A stretch of 63,616 nt of DNA, counting the filler, from Octopus bimaculoides (lineage: Eukaryota): NCBI RefSeq assembly GCF_001194135.2. It is 5 parts of 4 records of this genome, joined end to end, with 100 filler letters (N's around TTAATTAATTAA, not from the genome) between each part and the next. Parts side by side here need not be neighbours in the genome. Positions count along the whole stretch, not along the records: positions 1 to 21,742 come from NC_068986.1; 4 more parts are not named here. One strand, written 5' to 3'. Below are positions 1-14,897 of this stretch, in pieces; within the stretch, counting starts at the first letter, position 1, and each line of letters opens with the position of its first letter. The notes beneath the pieces were generated by a model that worked only from the letters and a program-made list of their open reading frames with translations, had not been told where the DNA came from and did no database searches. Made by a program: the position numbers and the translations under genes.

Positions 1-608
1 TGATAATAATAGTAAACAAATAGCAAATATGTTTCATCAAATATTTATTGTTTTGGTATCGGAGACCTGGGAAAGATAATTACACACTTATTGATTTTGT
101 TTTTGTTTGTTAGTTGCTGTTAACTATAAGTGATTACACACACACACACACTTCTCTTTCACACACACACACACACACACTTTCTCTTTCACACACACTC
201 ACACTTTCACTTTCACACACACTCACACTTTCATTTTCACACACACTCATTCATACAAAACATACACGCACTCATGCACATACACGTGTCCACACACAAA
301 ATACAAATTTGCGCGTGCGTACGTACGAGTACACCTTTTGTCTTTAATCACTGATATTATTATTGTTATTATCACAGCAGTTGTTGATATTGTCGCTGCA
401 ACTTTCTGCCTACCAGCCATATAACATGGGATATTCATTATCGTTGCTATTTTTCTCTGTTATAAATCTCATTTGTTCCTTTTGTTTCTGTTCTCTTGTA
501 ACACACACATACATTTGTATACATACATACATACATACATACATACATACAAACACACTTAAGATACTAACGTACATATACACATACGTATATATATGTG
601 TGTGTGTG

Positions 609-889
609 TGATAGATAGAAAGGTAGATAGAAAGACAGATAGATAGATAGAAAGGTAGATAGATAGAAAGGTAGATAGATAGAAAGGTGGATAGATAAAT
701 AGATGGATAGATAGATAGATAGATAGATAGATAGAAAGGTGGATAGATAANNNNNNNNNNTGGATAGATAAATAGATGGATAGATAGATAGATAGATAGA
801 TAGATAGAAAGGTGGATAGATAAATAGGTAGATAGATAGATAGATAGATAGAAAGGTGGATAGATAAATAGGTAGATAGATAAGATATA
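609..889. repeat. (TAGA)n compound microsatellite
   Basis: Direct reading; interspersed aaaggtggatagataaatag units. Confidence 0.95.
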
Positions 890-1486
890 CCTGCATACAT
901 ACAGTTTATTTTTTTAAGTTTTTATTTTTCTTTGTTCACCCAAAATTATTTCGATTGAATTAAAATCAATTTCACTTTTTTTCTTTTTTCTTCTTAATTA
1001 CATATGATTTGTTTTCACTTAATTATTTTCTTGTTCTTTTACCCTTTCTTTTTCCTCGTCTTCGTCCTTCTACAATTGAGACATAATTTTGTGTCAGTGG
1101 TACTTTGCTAGTGGTTTGGCGGGGTATAATTATCAGTATTAGATTACTATAGAAATTTGTTGTGTTTATTATTTGCAAGCTATGTAAAAATAAAATTAAA
1201 ATAATAATAAAAAAAACAACATAGTAAACAAAAAAAAGTAATGATGAAAGTAAAAAGCAGTCGAGATAAAAGCTCCCGGCGAGCTGACGTGTGTCGGAGT
1301 CATTTCACTTCACTTCACTTTTTTAAGAAAATAAATATTAAACGACCGTCTATTTTACATTGTCGCAGTCCCTTAACATTCTCGGGCTTAATTTCTGTGA
1401 AAAGTAACAATTAAATATTAAGTTCGTTTATAAGGTGGAATAATAATAATAATAATAACAATAATAATAATATAATAATAATAATA

Positions 1487-1520
<34 letters not shown>

Positions 1521-1632
1521 CAGATTGGAGCCTGGTGTAGCCTTCGGGTTCCACCAGTTCTCAGTCAAATCGTCCAACCCATGCTAGCATGGAAAGTGGA
1601 CGTTAAACGATGATGATGATGATGATGATGAA
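1521..1632 (+). mobile_element. Family A tail (short RTE-type 3' end)
   Basis: cagattggagcctgg...tccaacccatgctagcatggaaag.ggacgttaaac(gat)n. Similar pieces at 6373-6423, 12000-12175 and 38615-38818 (+), and 17613-17733 and 30383-30439 (-). Confidence 0.85.
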
Positions 1633-2249
1633 TAATCGTTGGTGTTGTTGTTTGGCCCTAGGTCAAGTCCCTGGCTGAGTAGGCAGACCTATGATTAAAA
1701 GATTAAAAAAAAAAGCGTTTCAGCCTTGGCGTATTTTCTGAGATTACGTTCGTTATTCAACGTGTCCTTTCTTCCTTCCTTTCTTTCCCAGATGGTAGGC
1801 TGTAATTTAGAGATTTGCTTGCTGTTTCTAGCATTTTAAACAATCCTATAGAGCCTCTATCATTTCCTTCAAATAATGTAAGTAGTAGGTGAGAGGAGTT
1901 CACTGGGTGAATTGAGTCCATGACCCAGTTTTAGTACTCAGGTGCCACTATTTCTCATCTCACCTCCTCTCCATCTCCCCCCTTCGTTGCTGATTCCTTT
2001 GGGGGAAGAAATATGGTTGTTGTCTTCTGCTGCCAATTCCTTATCTTGTAATCTTTCTTCAAGGCTTTGTACTAAATCATTTTCAGAGCAAGTGTGTTAG
2101 TACAAACAACATGACAAGCCCCACAGAATGTGACATCTTTCTGTATTCTTCATTCAGAAGAAGCAGGAGATATAAAATTTATACTTCACATTCATTACTT
2201 CTCACTGGGATTGAACTTGCTGACACTCAATGAATGAACTTTAAAAACA

Positions 2250-2623
2250 TGGTTGTGTGGTAAGAAGCCTGCTTCCCAATTTTGTGGTCTTAGGTTCAGT
2301 CGCACTGTGTGGTACTTTGGGCAAGTGTCTTCCATTATAACCCTAGGCTGACCAAAGCTTTGTGAAGGGATCTGGTAGACGGAAGCTGAAAGAAGCCTGT
2401 TGTGTGTGTATGTGTGCCTTTGTCCCTTAGCTCTGCCTGACAAACTGGTGTTGGTTTGTTTCTGTCCCTACGACTTGGTGGTTCAAGAAAAGAGATTGAT
2501 AGGATAAGTACCAGACCGTTATATAAGTACTGGGGGCAATTTGTTCAACTAAATCGTTCAAGGTGATGGTGCTCCAGCAAAACTGCAGTTCAATGACTGA
2601 AACATGCATAAGATAAAAAGATA
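2250..2623 (+). mobile_element. tRNA-derived SINE, family B (head, central domain, (TG)n, 3' module)
   Basis: gtggtaagaagcctgcttcccaa...ggttcagtc...tttgggcaagtgtcttcc...gaccaaagc.ttgtga...gctccagca...aatgactgaaaca, repeated elsewhere in the window. Confidence 0.85.
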
Positions 2624-4250
2624 AGTTCACTCTGGAGTTTGCTTTTGACTTTGACATATATTGATGTGAAGGTGTTTGCTCAATTGTAGGTGCCTTGGCT
2701 CAGAACAATCGGAGATTAATTCCCTTTCAGAAGTGATCGTCACTTAAAAAAAGGTGGAAAAAATAAAACAAAAGAAGACCATTTTAGTCTTCTCTAATTC
2801 AGCTATCAATGAAGAAAAGATTTTTGTTTTTTTCTTTTATCCTTGCTAATCTCTGGACAAACTATATACAAATCTACTTGTCGATCAACGCCACTACTTC
2901 TCATATCTCCTACTGTAGACTAATATCAGTCAGTTACATATGAAATCATCATTTTTAATGATTTGTATGTATGTATGTATGTATGTGTGTGTGTGTGTGT
3001 GTTGCTCCATTACTATCGCCACCATTTCATTTCTGTATTATAACGATTTTTCCTTTTTCTTTTTTTTTTTACATTCTCTGCTTCTCAATCAATATGGCTT
3101 ATTTGATTGGCTATTGATTGATTATTTTTTTTATAGTTTGTCGATACAATTCTGTCTGGTAACTGTTACTGGGTTTTTTTCCCCCCTTCTTTTTATACAG
3201 TTTTTTTTTCTCTAAAAATTATCTCATTCCACTTGCTCTCCCCCCGCCACCACCATGAATGTGTGTATGTGTATATATTCTACTACCTCACATAGTATTT
3301 GATTGATATTCTTGTTTCCTCTCTGACCAATGTTGCTAACATTTTCAAACCAATCTTGTTTAGAAGTTTCAATGTTAAATATCAAGACGGTTATCGAATA
3401 CTATGTATTGAACTGGTGTGGAGGGGTGGGGTGGAGGTTGCCGTATCCTCTCACCTTAATGTGGAAAAATTATACATTCTTCAAATGACCCTAGTTGAAT
3501 TAAAGTTAATTTAAAAATTAATATGTAGATAGTTGAAGTCATACATTCAATCTCACTGTGAGATCAGACTCTGTGACAAAACCCCAGCCTCCACTTTATA
3601 CTCCCACCACTACTATCCTCACCAGACAGCTTTGAGTTGAGATTGAACCTGCTCAGCTTTACAGTCCTTATGCCCCCATCAGGATTCCCTTGTGACTGTT
3701 AGCAGTTAAGAATTATCAAAATGGAGACAAGATTGTGCCAGTCAGAACTAATTTACATAATGGTACAAGGTTGAATGGCTTAAATCTAATTACTTACAAT
3801 ACCAACACAGCATGGATTATGAATAAGTATATGTGTAATGGAGTCAATAGACTGGTTTCTCTAGTTTTTTCTATGTTTCTCTCATAGCTTCTAAAGAGAA
3901 GGCTCTGGTTAGGAAACCTGGTTTGCAACCACTTGGTTTTGAGTTCAGTCTCACCTTGGAACACCTTGGAGCATGTTCCTTATTCTATATCCTCATGCCA
4001 CCCAATGCCTTGTGAGTGAATTTGGTTGATGGAAACTGTGTACAAGCTGTGCATGTGTGTCTTTGTTCCCTACCATCACTTGATATAGACAAGCGTGCAT
4101 TTTGCACCCAAAGTCAATATAAGAGTTTCTCTCATGGTATCTACTGCAGTATAGTTTGTTCTAATAGAACATCAAAATGGGAATAAATATTACCTCACCG
4201 TATTAATACTGCCTCTGTCACTAATATAGGTGTATACATATGTATGTATT

Positions 4251-4384
4251 TGATGCTGGTACCACGTTAAAAGCACTAGTGATTGTGCCACTTGAAAAGC
4301 ACCGGTGATGGTGCCACTTATAAAGCACTGGTGATAGTCCTGCTTAAAAGGCGCTAGTGATGATGCCATGTAAAAAGCACTCAG
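4251..4384 (+). repeat. 26-bp minisatellite, 5 diverged units
   Basis: Consensus about tgatggtgccacttaaaaagcactrg. It resembles the tandem unit of the RTE 3' UTR. Confidence 0.7.
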
Positions 4385-7322
4385 TTGAATGGTTTTGTGT
4401 CAGTTTAAGAAACCGTTGGTGTTGACAGTGGACAAAAGCAGTAGAGATCCGTATTTAGCAAACTGGATCAGATATGTTTCTCATTATAAAGTTGGGTCCT
4501 TTACTACCTCTGTGAATTTTAATATTTCCGCAGTTGACTTAATCCTTCAGCTCTGAGTGTAGTAACCACCACTTATATCTTGTGTGTGTGTATGTGTTTA
4601 GATAGATGTGTGTGTGTGTCAAACTGCTAGAAATAGCTTAATATCTCTCAAATTATACCTTACCTTCAAATGAAAGAAGGACACACAATAAGAAAATGTT
4701 TTATTGTCCTCTCCTCATTTACCTTTGGATGAAAAATAAAGAAATTAGCCATCTTTCTGCAATATGAAAAGCTGGTGTCTCTGGGTTTATTGCTTGATTT
4801 TTAATTCCCTATTATATAAACGGCATTGAAAGTTTCATACTTCATCACTATTCACCCAATTTCCCCTCTCTATCTATCTGTCTATCTGTTCATCTATCTA
4901 TCTGTCTATCTGTTCATCTATCTATCTATCTATCTATCTATCCGTTTATCCATCTGTCTGTCTGTCTGTCTATCAGTATTATATGATCCATGTTGAGAGA
5001 TGAAATAGCTAATAGTTACAGTTGACAATTTATTCAGGAAATTGTCACACTTGGAGCTAGGAAGCATGAGCTTTGCTGTCAGCATACAAGATAACTGAGA
5101 AGCAGCATCCTATTAACTCTCTTTATTCCTTCTCTCTTTGCTCTTCCTTCACTCCATCTACCTCTAATATAAATTCCCTCTTAAGCTCCTACACTGTCTC
5201 CCTTGTTTTTAGCCTTCTTTTGAATTCTCTCCACCACCACCACCACCACAACACTAATTCTTTCTTTTCCTCACTGAAAAATTAGGCCCATTTTTCATGA
5301 TTGCAATTCAATCTGGTGGTTTTGGATGTGTGTTTGGACAGAGTCTTGTCTGAAATAGAAACTAATGTTCTGGTTACCATTTCGTTTTACAGCTCAGAAT
5401 TTATGAATTCGGATTCGCAACTTGGATTTCTTCTTTTGCTTACAGTTCTACGGGTTTCCTGAACATGGTAGCCTTTCAGCAAACTGATTCATGGTCATTT
5501 AGAATCCAAGCCAGATAAACTTGAATGAATATTCTGCTTAACTGTTTTGTGGTGTTTTGATGCTCTTAAATCAGGAACAGCTTTGGCTTGTTTTGTTTTG
5601 TTTTGTTTTGGTTTTTTTCTTGAAGACAATAACTTAATACCGGAAGGAAAGAACAGAGAATTGACCATTTTTCTGATGCCGCAATATCATGCAGATAGAA
5701 TGTCTCTCGCATAGCTATGACATCTTGTTGCTTTCAATAACTTGTCTATTCTAGTCCTGCCATTTTTATAATAATCAATATTTTCTCTCATGTTTTATTT
5801 GTCAATCTGTCACCCACCTCTTGTCTCTCCTTCTCTCTCTCTTTTTTTTTTTTTTTGTTATTGCTAAATTCAATATGGTTATATTTTCTCAAAAGAAAAA
5901 TTTACATTAGAGAATGCTGTGTTTAATATCAAAACATTTTAATTGGATAATTCCATTAATTGAATTATATCTTAGACTAATGTTCTCTTTGCTAATGAAT
6001 AAAGTAATCTTCTTTGGAAAGAAAGGGATTTTGAGTTAGCTGTCAGCCGAAAAGAAAAAGTAATTTGAGATTTGCTTATATAAAATCTACAAAATCAACT
6101 GTTTTCTATAGTCTCTGTTTTGAAATGTCATTGCAAGATAACATTAACTAAGTTTTTGTTACAAATTTCTTTTAGCAATTTATCTGGAGATCTTCAGAAT
6201 TTTCTATTAGCTCTCAAACTGTAATGGCCAAAAGAATCAAATAACTTGTATGTACTATATGCAAGAAAGATTACATATCTCCAGTTAAAATATGCAAAGA
6301 TTATCAGTAAACTAAAAGAATTTGTTGAAGGAATAGCTATTACTATAGTCTTTTGTTTGTATATTTATTTATTCGTCCAACCCATGCTAGCATGGAAAGC
6401 GGACATTAAACGATGATGATGATTTTTAAGGCTTAGAAAAAGAAGGTTTATGACTTGCCCTTTTCAGTGTCTATAAGACAAGTAGATGGAAGGAAGGAAG
6501 GAAGGAAGTGGTCTTCAAAAAGTTAAAAGAATTGGCCAAAAGGTTTCCTGCTGAGTAGGCTTGGCTGAAGGTGCCTATGGAACAGACAATGGTATTAAAC
6601 TCAACAACTATCCAATTTATATATCAATACTTGAATACAAGCAGTTTCAGACATGTTGGTAATATGGGAACCAGGAGTAGATATTGAAAGGGTTAAAATC
6701 CAAATAGGAAATAAGATAGTTATAGAATTTGAATATTTTCTAAATGATAAGCATGTGTAGCGTAACCTGGCTGACTCGAGTTTTATGATACATTGAAGTC
6801 TATTATTTTAGAGTTTTCCATCTATGTTCAAACAAACTGGATCTCACCTCTCACACCTACACTACAATGTCGTTCTACAAATATTCAATTACATCATCGA
6901 AATCTCAAAGCTATGAGATAATGTATGATTAATGCAAAACAACATGAATAAATTAGCATTACATTTGAGAGATAATCTGCATGCTAAAGGGTTAAATTAA
7001 AACATTCCATCATAATTTTTATGTGACATAAACTTTTGGGAAACGACATTCCAAAACACAGTTATGTTTTAACTAAATCACCTCAAATTTGCTATTTTCA
7101 AAATCAGTTGAAAAACGTAAGCAGTGTATTTCATTAGAACTAAGGAGACAAAAGTGGTTAAATAACAAAAGCTGCAAATCCAAAATAATGTGTATATTTA
7201 TTTAAGGGTCATGACAGAAAAATTCAGTCAAACTTGTCATAAGTAAAAAGGGCAGTTGGTGGTAGATGCAGTAGAGTGGTTGATCAAATACTTTGTGGTA
7301 CTCAGTTATATTGCTTTCTGTT

Positions 7323-7554
7323 GGCGGCGAACCAACCGAATCGTTAGCACGTCGGGCGAAATGCTTAGCGGTATTTCGTCTGCCGTTACGTTCTGGGTTC
7401 ACATTCCGCCGAGTTCGACTTTGCCTTTCATCCTTTCGGGGGCTGATTAAATAAGTACCAGTTATGCACAGGGGTCGATGTAATCGACTTAATCCGTTTG
7501 TCTGTCCTTGTCTGTCCCCTCTATGTTTAGCCCCTTGTGGGCAATAAAGAAATA
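7323..7554 (+). mobile_element. tRNA-derived SINE, family C
   Basis: ggcggcga...aatcgttagcac...ggttcacattccgccgag.tcgactttgcctttcatcctttcgggg...ggggtcgatgtaatcgact...ccccttgtgggcaataaagaaata. Confidence 0.85.
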
Positions 7555-9101
7555 TATATTGCTTTCTGTTCAGTGTTCAAATCCTGCCATACTGGACTTT
7601 ATACTTTTCTTCATAACGGGGTCATTATAATCAACATGTACTCCTCCTCCCAGTTCCTCCAACTCCCCACTGTCCTTGTTCTTGTGCCTGTGATGTTTAA
7701 AATCAATATTCACAAGTAGATATTATTTTTTTTTTTTAATACTTTTAATAATTCTCTTATATTTCAAGCTATTGATTTATTTATATGGCATTTGTATGCA
7801 TATGTTTCTTATATACAATCAGTGGCACGCCATGAATATTAGTTCTCAGAGAACCAATTACAATAATTAACTTGTTTAGATTTCTGACTGTGTCAACAGT
7901 TGGTGATATTTATGGAAACATGTTCTATTGCAGAGCATGTATACAAACACTCTTGCAGCTGTAATAAATGATCATCAGCAAGGAGGATAACAGAAACGGT
8001 TGCCGGGGGAGCTGTGTTATATCCTTAGCAACAGATATGTCAGCAAATATGGACTAAAAAAGATGAAGCACTTTTAGTAGTAACTTAAACATAAAAGATA
8101 TTACTAAAACTGATTGAAGTGCTTTAAAAGAAATATATTTGTAGCAAATCTGTTGCTATACTTTTGTTTTTTGTTCATTTTTTATTTTGTATATACTTTT
8201 TTGTGAAATTTTTTTTATTATTTAAATTAACTGCTTTAGCAGAGATTTCTGTATTTCATTTTTGTCTTATTACTTCCTCCATTGTATTGCAGTTAATCTA
8301 TTCTGAACAAACTAAACTGTGTAAGCTGTTTCACCTCAGTCCTAACCCTCCTCTAAAATTTATTATTTATTGCATACTGTCTGTATGTTATATGAGGTAT
8401 GTAATGGTATATGTAACATTAACTTAACTGCTTCGATGAGAGGTGGGGGAGAGTTCTGACAGGAATCTTTCTCTCTCTCGGACATCTTTCTTTTTTGTTT
8501 TCTTTAAGTCCATTCTCCACCCGTACCACCATAAAAATCTGTGTGAACCATTTAATTTCTCTTTGTTTTCCATATTTCTTCCAAATATGTTTCTTAGATC
8601 TTCAAATAACTCCTTCCCCATTAATATCTCTTTTTCTTCTTTCCCTTCCTAACAATATTTTCACTGTTAGTCTTCCATCTTCTTTTTTTTTTGAATTTTT
8701 GAATTTTATGTTTAATATTATTATTCTGGTTGTTGTTGTTTAGCTATAAGGTCAGCCCTGATCTTGTAGCTAAACAAAAGCATTCCAACTGTAACCATCA
8801 AATCTTTTATTTTTTCTTTTCAAATATATATTGAGGTCCATTTTTTGTGTGACCTTCCTTAAAAAGTAAATAAATAGATAAATAAATGAATATTTTGATG
8901 GCGATTTGGCTGCTGTTTCTTGCTGGTCAATTGACTGCACAGAGTAGTCATGGGTAAACTGCATCCCTTAGAATTTTCTAAATGGCAAGCCTAGCAAATA
9001 AATTCCCTCAAATTTTTTAGTAGTGTAGCCTGCCCAATGATGAGTGTCTCATGTAGCCTCTTTGTCAAAAAAGGTTGCCTAGATCTGATATACAATCTCC
9101 T

Positions 9102-9170
<69 letters not shown>

Positions 9171-9185
<15 letters not shown>

Positions 9186-9347
9186 TGATGGGCTTCTTTC
9201 AGTTTTCATCTATCAAGTCTACTCACAAGGTTTTGGCTGGCCTGCAGCTATAGTAGAAGACACTTGCCCAAGGTGCCATGCAGTGGGACTGAACCTGGAA
9301 CCATGTGGTTGGGAAAGCAAGCTGCTTACCACACAGCTATGCCTGCA
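9171..9347 (-). mobile_element. SINE family B, 5' half
   Basis: Reverse complement of the head and central domain. Confidence 0.8.
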
Positions 9348-10393
9348 TCTATTTATCTTGTTTAAATTTTAATGTTCTCTAAAAGTTCAGGACAAGAATG
9401 CTGAACAGTTGAAATTTGTAATTCCCATTTTGTTTTGGTTACCATTTTAATCATATGCAAGTCATAAAAATGTTCTTGTGTATGTGTGCATATGTCTGTG
9501 AGAGAAGTATTTAGATATGGTCTGATTTCTTGTAGAAATTTCTCTTAACATTGAAATATTTCGAGACATTCTTTACTTCAGGCTGGAGTGAGAGAGAGAG
9601 AGAAAACATTAACAACTGCGTCTCAGTAGTATATTCTAAACTCTTACAAGTGGAATAGTGTAATTATACATGTATTTCTGCATGTGGCTCACAAGGAAAC
9701 AACAATAAGAGATTGTTCAGCGATAAAATATTTTACCAACAGTCACAAACAGCAGCATCAACAATAGTTCCTTATCTTTCAGTTGGATTTTCTGCTTTTC
9801 TGCTATGAAATGAAACCAGTACCAACTGAATATGTTATTGGCATGATAAATGAGAAACATGCTTACCAAAATAAGACTGTCATTCCATTTGCTATCAGTT
9901 CATTGTTGTCTAAAATAAAAAATATGACTTATGCAAATCGACACAGGTTGTATACTCTTATTGCTTTGAGTGTGTTCGCGGCTTTTTTTTTTTTTGCCTT
10001 TTTGTTTTTGTTTTGCCTCATATAAAGAACATGCATCTATGCATTGACATGCTCAAATATTACAGAAGTGAGAATGCAAGATAAATATTACAGAAATACT
10101 CAGAGAATTAATAGTTCTGTGTGTAATTAAGCATAATTTTATAAGAAACATCTTGAAGAAGCTATAGATTTGGCCCTTCTAAAAACAACAGTTGACCCAA
10201 ATGCATGAGACATGAAAAGATGTATCAGGCTCACAATCATGAGGTAGCAAGTTCATTTCCTGGACCAGGTTGTGTGTTGTGTTCTTGAGCAAGACACTTT
10301 GTTTCATGTTGATCTAGTTCATTCAGCTGTAGAAAGGGGTTGCGACATCACTGAGTTCCAATCTTATCCTGTCACTGAATAATGTTGACACTA

Positions 10394-10532
10394 CTGTCAG
10401 AAGTTGCAACAACTGATAGATGGTATCAGCAATTCAGGGTGGGGCCGGGGAACGAAAATGTGATGGGAACATAATTCCATCGGGAAGATTGACTACCCTC
10501 CCCCTGTGTAATAAACACAACATTTCTGACAG
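10394..10532. mobile_element. Small TA-flanked MITE, 139 bp
   Basis: TA-ctgtcagaa(g)ttg ... caac(at)ttctgacag-TA inverted ends. Confidence 0.55.
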
Positions 10533-13500
10533 TATGTTTTGTAAGTCCTTTCCAAAGTAAATAGACAATTGGTTTTTATTTTGTTTATTTTATTTATTTT
10601 TTCTAGCTCTAACTTCATGTTGTTTCCTCTTCTCTTCTAATTTGGGCTGAATGGCATTAATATATCTGATACTCTATTTTCCTCTGTGTGAATGTGTGTC
10701 TTGTCTGTGGTCAGCTTTTAAAACCATGACAAATATGCTGGCATTTTAGCGAGTATTTTTTAATTTTTATTTTCTTTTTGCAGTTATTGTTAGCCGTGTT
10801 TCTATAAATGGAGAGGAATTTTATTATTATACGACTGGTATCATTTCTAAATTAATATACAACTTGTAGTAGATTTGCAAATCTGTTACTATGATTAAGT
10901 TGTGTGCATGCATCCGTGTGTGTTTGTGTGTGTGTCTGCATGGATGTGCACATATGCATGCACATATGTACGAAAGCTGGAAATGAACACAAACATGCAT
11001 ACGTGTATGTAAAATGAAAATTGATGCTGGAAGGTAGAGAAATAGAATCATATTTGCTCCTGGCAAACAATTTGTGATATTCATGCTTTATTATGGCAAA
11101 AGCGGGGGGGAAAAAAATAAAATGAATCAACATATGATTGATAATTTCTTCCTATATTTTGTTCTTGTTTTTATCTTGAAATATAAGAATAGCTGCCACT
11201 GGATGTGTCATTATTTTTCAGTAGAATATGCTAAGTATAAATTAGTAGTAGGAGTAAATTCTTTCTGTAATGTAGATTTAGTGGAGATGTTGATTTAACC
11301 TTCTGATATCAAATTATTTCTACTTGTTAGTGTTGTAGTAGTGGTGGTGCTGCCCCGGGTTAGATCTAATTGAGCAGATGTATGAACAAAGACAATCAAG
11401 CCATGACCATCACATCTCCTCCCAACCATTTTTGTTTCTTCATGAATTGTGTACTTCAGACTTCGTTTATCTTATTAAGAAATTCAGCTGCTCTTAATAG
11501 CAAGTCAATCAACCATGTCCCCTCATTTGGCTCCTTTTCTTTTTATTATCATACAGCTGTCCAAAAGAATACAGATTTTACATGATTGTTCATCAAACAC
11601 GTCTTGTCACAGCTGGAAACAAAATACACCCATGTGACACATTTCGAATCAATTGTTTGACAGTTTTGTGGTCCAGAAGTATCCATCAATGAGTGATTGG
11701 GTCTTATTAACTCCCAGAGATTGATAGAAATGTAGTTGTGATTTTCATGCTTTTCCAATTGCATGGATGAATTAGTAATAACAGCTGCAACTGAGAAATA
11801 AGATTGGCTCCTAATTTCATTTTGCTGAGGACTTACAATTTATTCAAACTGTACTCTGAAGAGTACAGTTCTTACCATTTCATAAAACGATCCATCAGTC
11901 TCTCTCTCTTTCTCTCTCTGCTCTTGTCCCTTTCTTCTATGCACTACTCAGGTGAGTGTCTTATCTTGCACATACTTGATGACTTCACCAGTGCTGGTGA
12001 ACATATATAAGAAGCACCCAGTGCACTTTGAGTGGTTGGCATTAGGAAGGGCATCCAGCTTTAGAAACCAAGCCAAAGTAGGTGTAGAACTTGATGGGGC
12101 CCATTGGCCTTGCTTGCTCTTGTCAGATTGTCCAACCCTTGCCAACATGAAAAAGCAAAGTTAAATGATGTTGATTATATATATATATATATATTATGAT
12201 TTGTGAATTGGATACAAACATTTGGTTTTTGTTTAGTAAGACTCTTTAACACCAAGAGAAGTAGTCATACTATGGGGGTCAAAATCACAACGCATCTCTT
12301 AGACAGCTGATGAAGGAAATTCCTCTAGTTGTTTTAGATTGAATTTCATTCTATATTTCTGTCTCTGCTAATTGTTAATGTCTGTTGGTTTGTTTGTGTT
12401 GTTCAGTTTTTGTTTTCTTTTTGATGTTCTTTATATGGTGGGTGGGATTATAGGCCCTTGGATCATTTCTGATCCAAGTTGAAATTTGTAACAGAGTTAG
12501 GTATAATTTTATTCAGTCTGTCAAACTGTAAATAATTATAGTTTAGCATGACCAGATTACAATTATAAGACAAATATGAAAGTGTATGTGTGTCTGTGTG
12601 TACACACATGTGCCCATTAATCTATCCATCTATATTGCAAACTCATGTTCCTAAAACCGTTTGTCTTTCACACTGATTCTTTAATTCATTCCCATCCTGC
12701 TATGGCACCTTACTGCTTACATTATCGGAGGTAATGTGGTGCATTAGCAAAACCATACAGGATTTCTCATTCATTCCTTGTAACCCTTATACTTCAGGAA
12801 ACATAGCTCTAAAAGTCAATACTGCATCATACTCATGTTGACTTATCTAATGCTAACTATTTATCAATAAAACACTCCCATGGTTCATGCCAAATTAGCT
12901 GAACTATCCAACTCATGCTTGCATGGAATAAAGAGTGTGGAAACATTAGAAATGATAAAAATAAGATTATTTAACACCCAAAAAAATGGAGGTAATTCCT
13001 TGGGTGTCTTGATTTTAGTCACCGTGAATGTGTTATTTGTATTGTGTACTTAACTATCGAGACCCTTCTGTTTTTATTGGAATTTCTGTTGAATGTTACT
13101 TTGTGTTTCAATACATTCTGCCAATAAACTGTCTTCTGTCACCATTTAATTCATTATGGAATGCTGTTATTCTACCCTTTCCTATCTGTCTGTCTGTCTC
13201 CCTCTCTCTCTCTTTCACACACAAACACATATCTCACTCACATCCAGTTCTTCTGAATAGGTCCTTTATAATCTCAAAGGCTTTTGGCTTTTTCTCTATT
13301 CCCATTGCATACCTTAACTAATAAATAAACACGGTGTTGTTTGACTGTTAATGCAAAAGAACTATAAGCATTGGCATCTGATGGGTTAGCAGCTATGCAA
13401 GGCTTCTTCATCCAGTGTTGCTATCCTATAAAACTACAGTTGGCTACTAACATACCGATCAATAACCAATTGATTAGTACATTACAGAGAGAATACAATT

Positions 13501-14507
13501 GTATTCATATATCAAATAGGTTTAAGAAGAAATAATGGACTTTCTCCCTTCCTCTCAATATACTTTTTTTTAATTCTGTATTCTCTATCAATGCATAGGG
13601 ATTACACTTGCTGTATGCAAACACGGGCTTTTTCAGTACAGCATCAGATTACCTTTTGTAATAATACCAACCTTTTTCTTCTAAATTGAGATATCTTCCT
13701 GCTTGTTATACATACCAGGGTAGGTTTTCTGCTATAAAACCAGCTCAGATAAAAGAAGCAATTGATTCAGAATTATAAAACGGGAAGATATTTTATTATA
13801 TCTTTCTTGTAGCAGATGTATTTTCTCCTTAATCTCTTCTGCTTTTGTTCATGTTCTTCAATTGTTTGTTTGTTTGTTTGTTAAGGAAACTGAAAACAAT
13901 TTATATAATTATATTTAATGGGGGCTAGCATATCTTGTCACAAACAATGGCTACCTTAGCACTGCACTCAGTAGCAACAGTTCCTACTTACCCAATGGTG
14001 CAATAGTTCAATCAAGTATTCGTTTAAACATTAAACAATGTGCAAGCAGTCAGTTGACCTGCTAGAAATGACAGCCAAATTCCCTTAAACCTCTCCCAAA
14101 GGAAGGACACATTTGATAATGTTGCTCTTGATGTACTTATATCTGGAAATGAAACGGTCATGGTGAGAACACTTTTGATCATGGGTTTGTTCAATCTGTT
14201 GTTAGTCCAAGCAACAACAACTTTGGCTGGGATATTATCTTTGCTTCCAATGTGAGAATCTGACTGTGTACACACATGTTTGTGTACGAGTAGGGTTCTG
14301 TAAATATTGTGTATTTATGCCACCATTTGTAATGGTTCACTAAATAACCATTAAATAAAGCTATCTTTTGTTAAGGCCTTGTAATTATATTAAGTCAGTT
14401 CTAACAGCATTTGTACATTAGGACAAAAGCAGTTTGAGTTGAAAAGGAACCTAATGCATTCATTACTCTTGTATTTATTATACCTTTGAGTACACATGAA
14501 CACACAC

Positions 14508-14897
14508 GGCTGTATGGTAAGAAGCTTGCTTCCCAACCATGTGGTTCCAAGATCAGTCCCTCTGCGTGGCACCTTGGGCAAGTGTCTTCCACTATAGCCT
14601 CAGACTGACCAAAGCCTTGTGAGTAGATTTGGGAGATGGAAACTGAAAAGAAGCCCAATGCACACATGTGTGTCTACCTGTCTGTCTCTCTCTGTTTGAC
14701 CTTCATCACCGCTTGACAATCTGTATTGATGTATTTACATCCCTGTAACTTAGCAGTTTAGCAAAAGAGACTGATAGAATAAATACCAGGCTTTAAAGGA
14801 GAAAAAAATAAGTACTGGGTCGATTCCTCCAACTAAAATCCTTTAAGGTAGTGCCCCAGCATGGCCACGGTCTAATGACTGAAACAAAGAAAAGATT
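14508..14897 (+). mobile_element. SINE family B copy
   Basis: Same head, central and 3' modules as 2250-2623. Confidence 0.85.

Noticed and set aside
4251-4384. CRISPR-like regular repeats (also 47500-47750 and 50870-51070)
   Set aside because: Units are contiguous and diverged with no unique spacers, the genome is eukaryotic and there are no cas genes. They are LINE-UTR minisatellites.
13920-14275. Complex-looking unique sequence with short ORFs on both strands
   Set aside because: All frames are interrupted and there is no recognisable protein similarity or clean splice pair.
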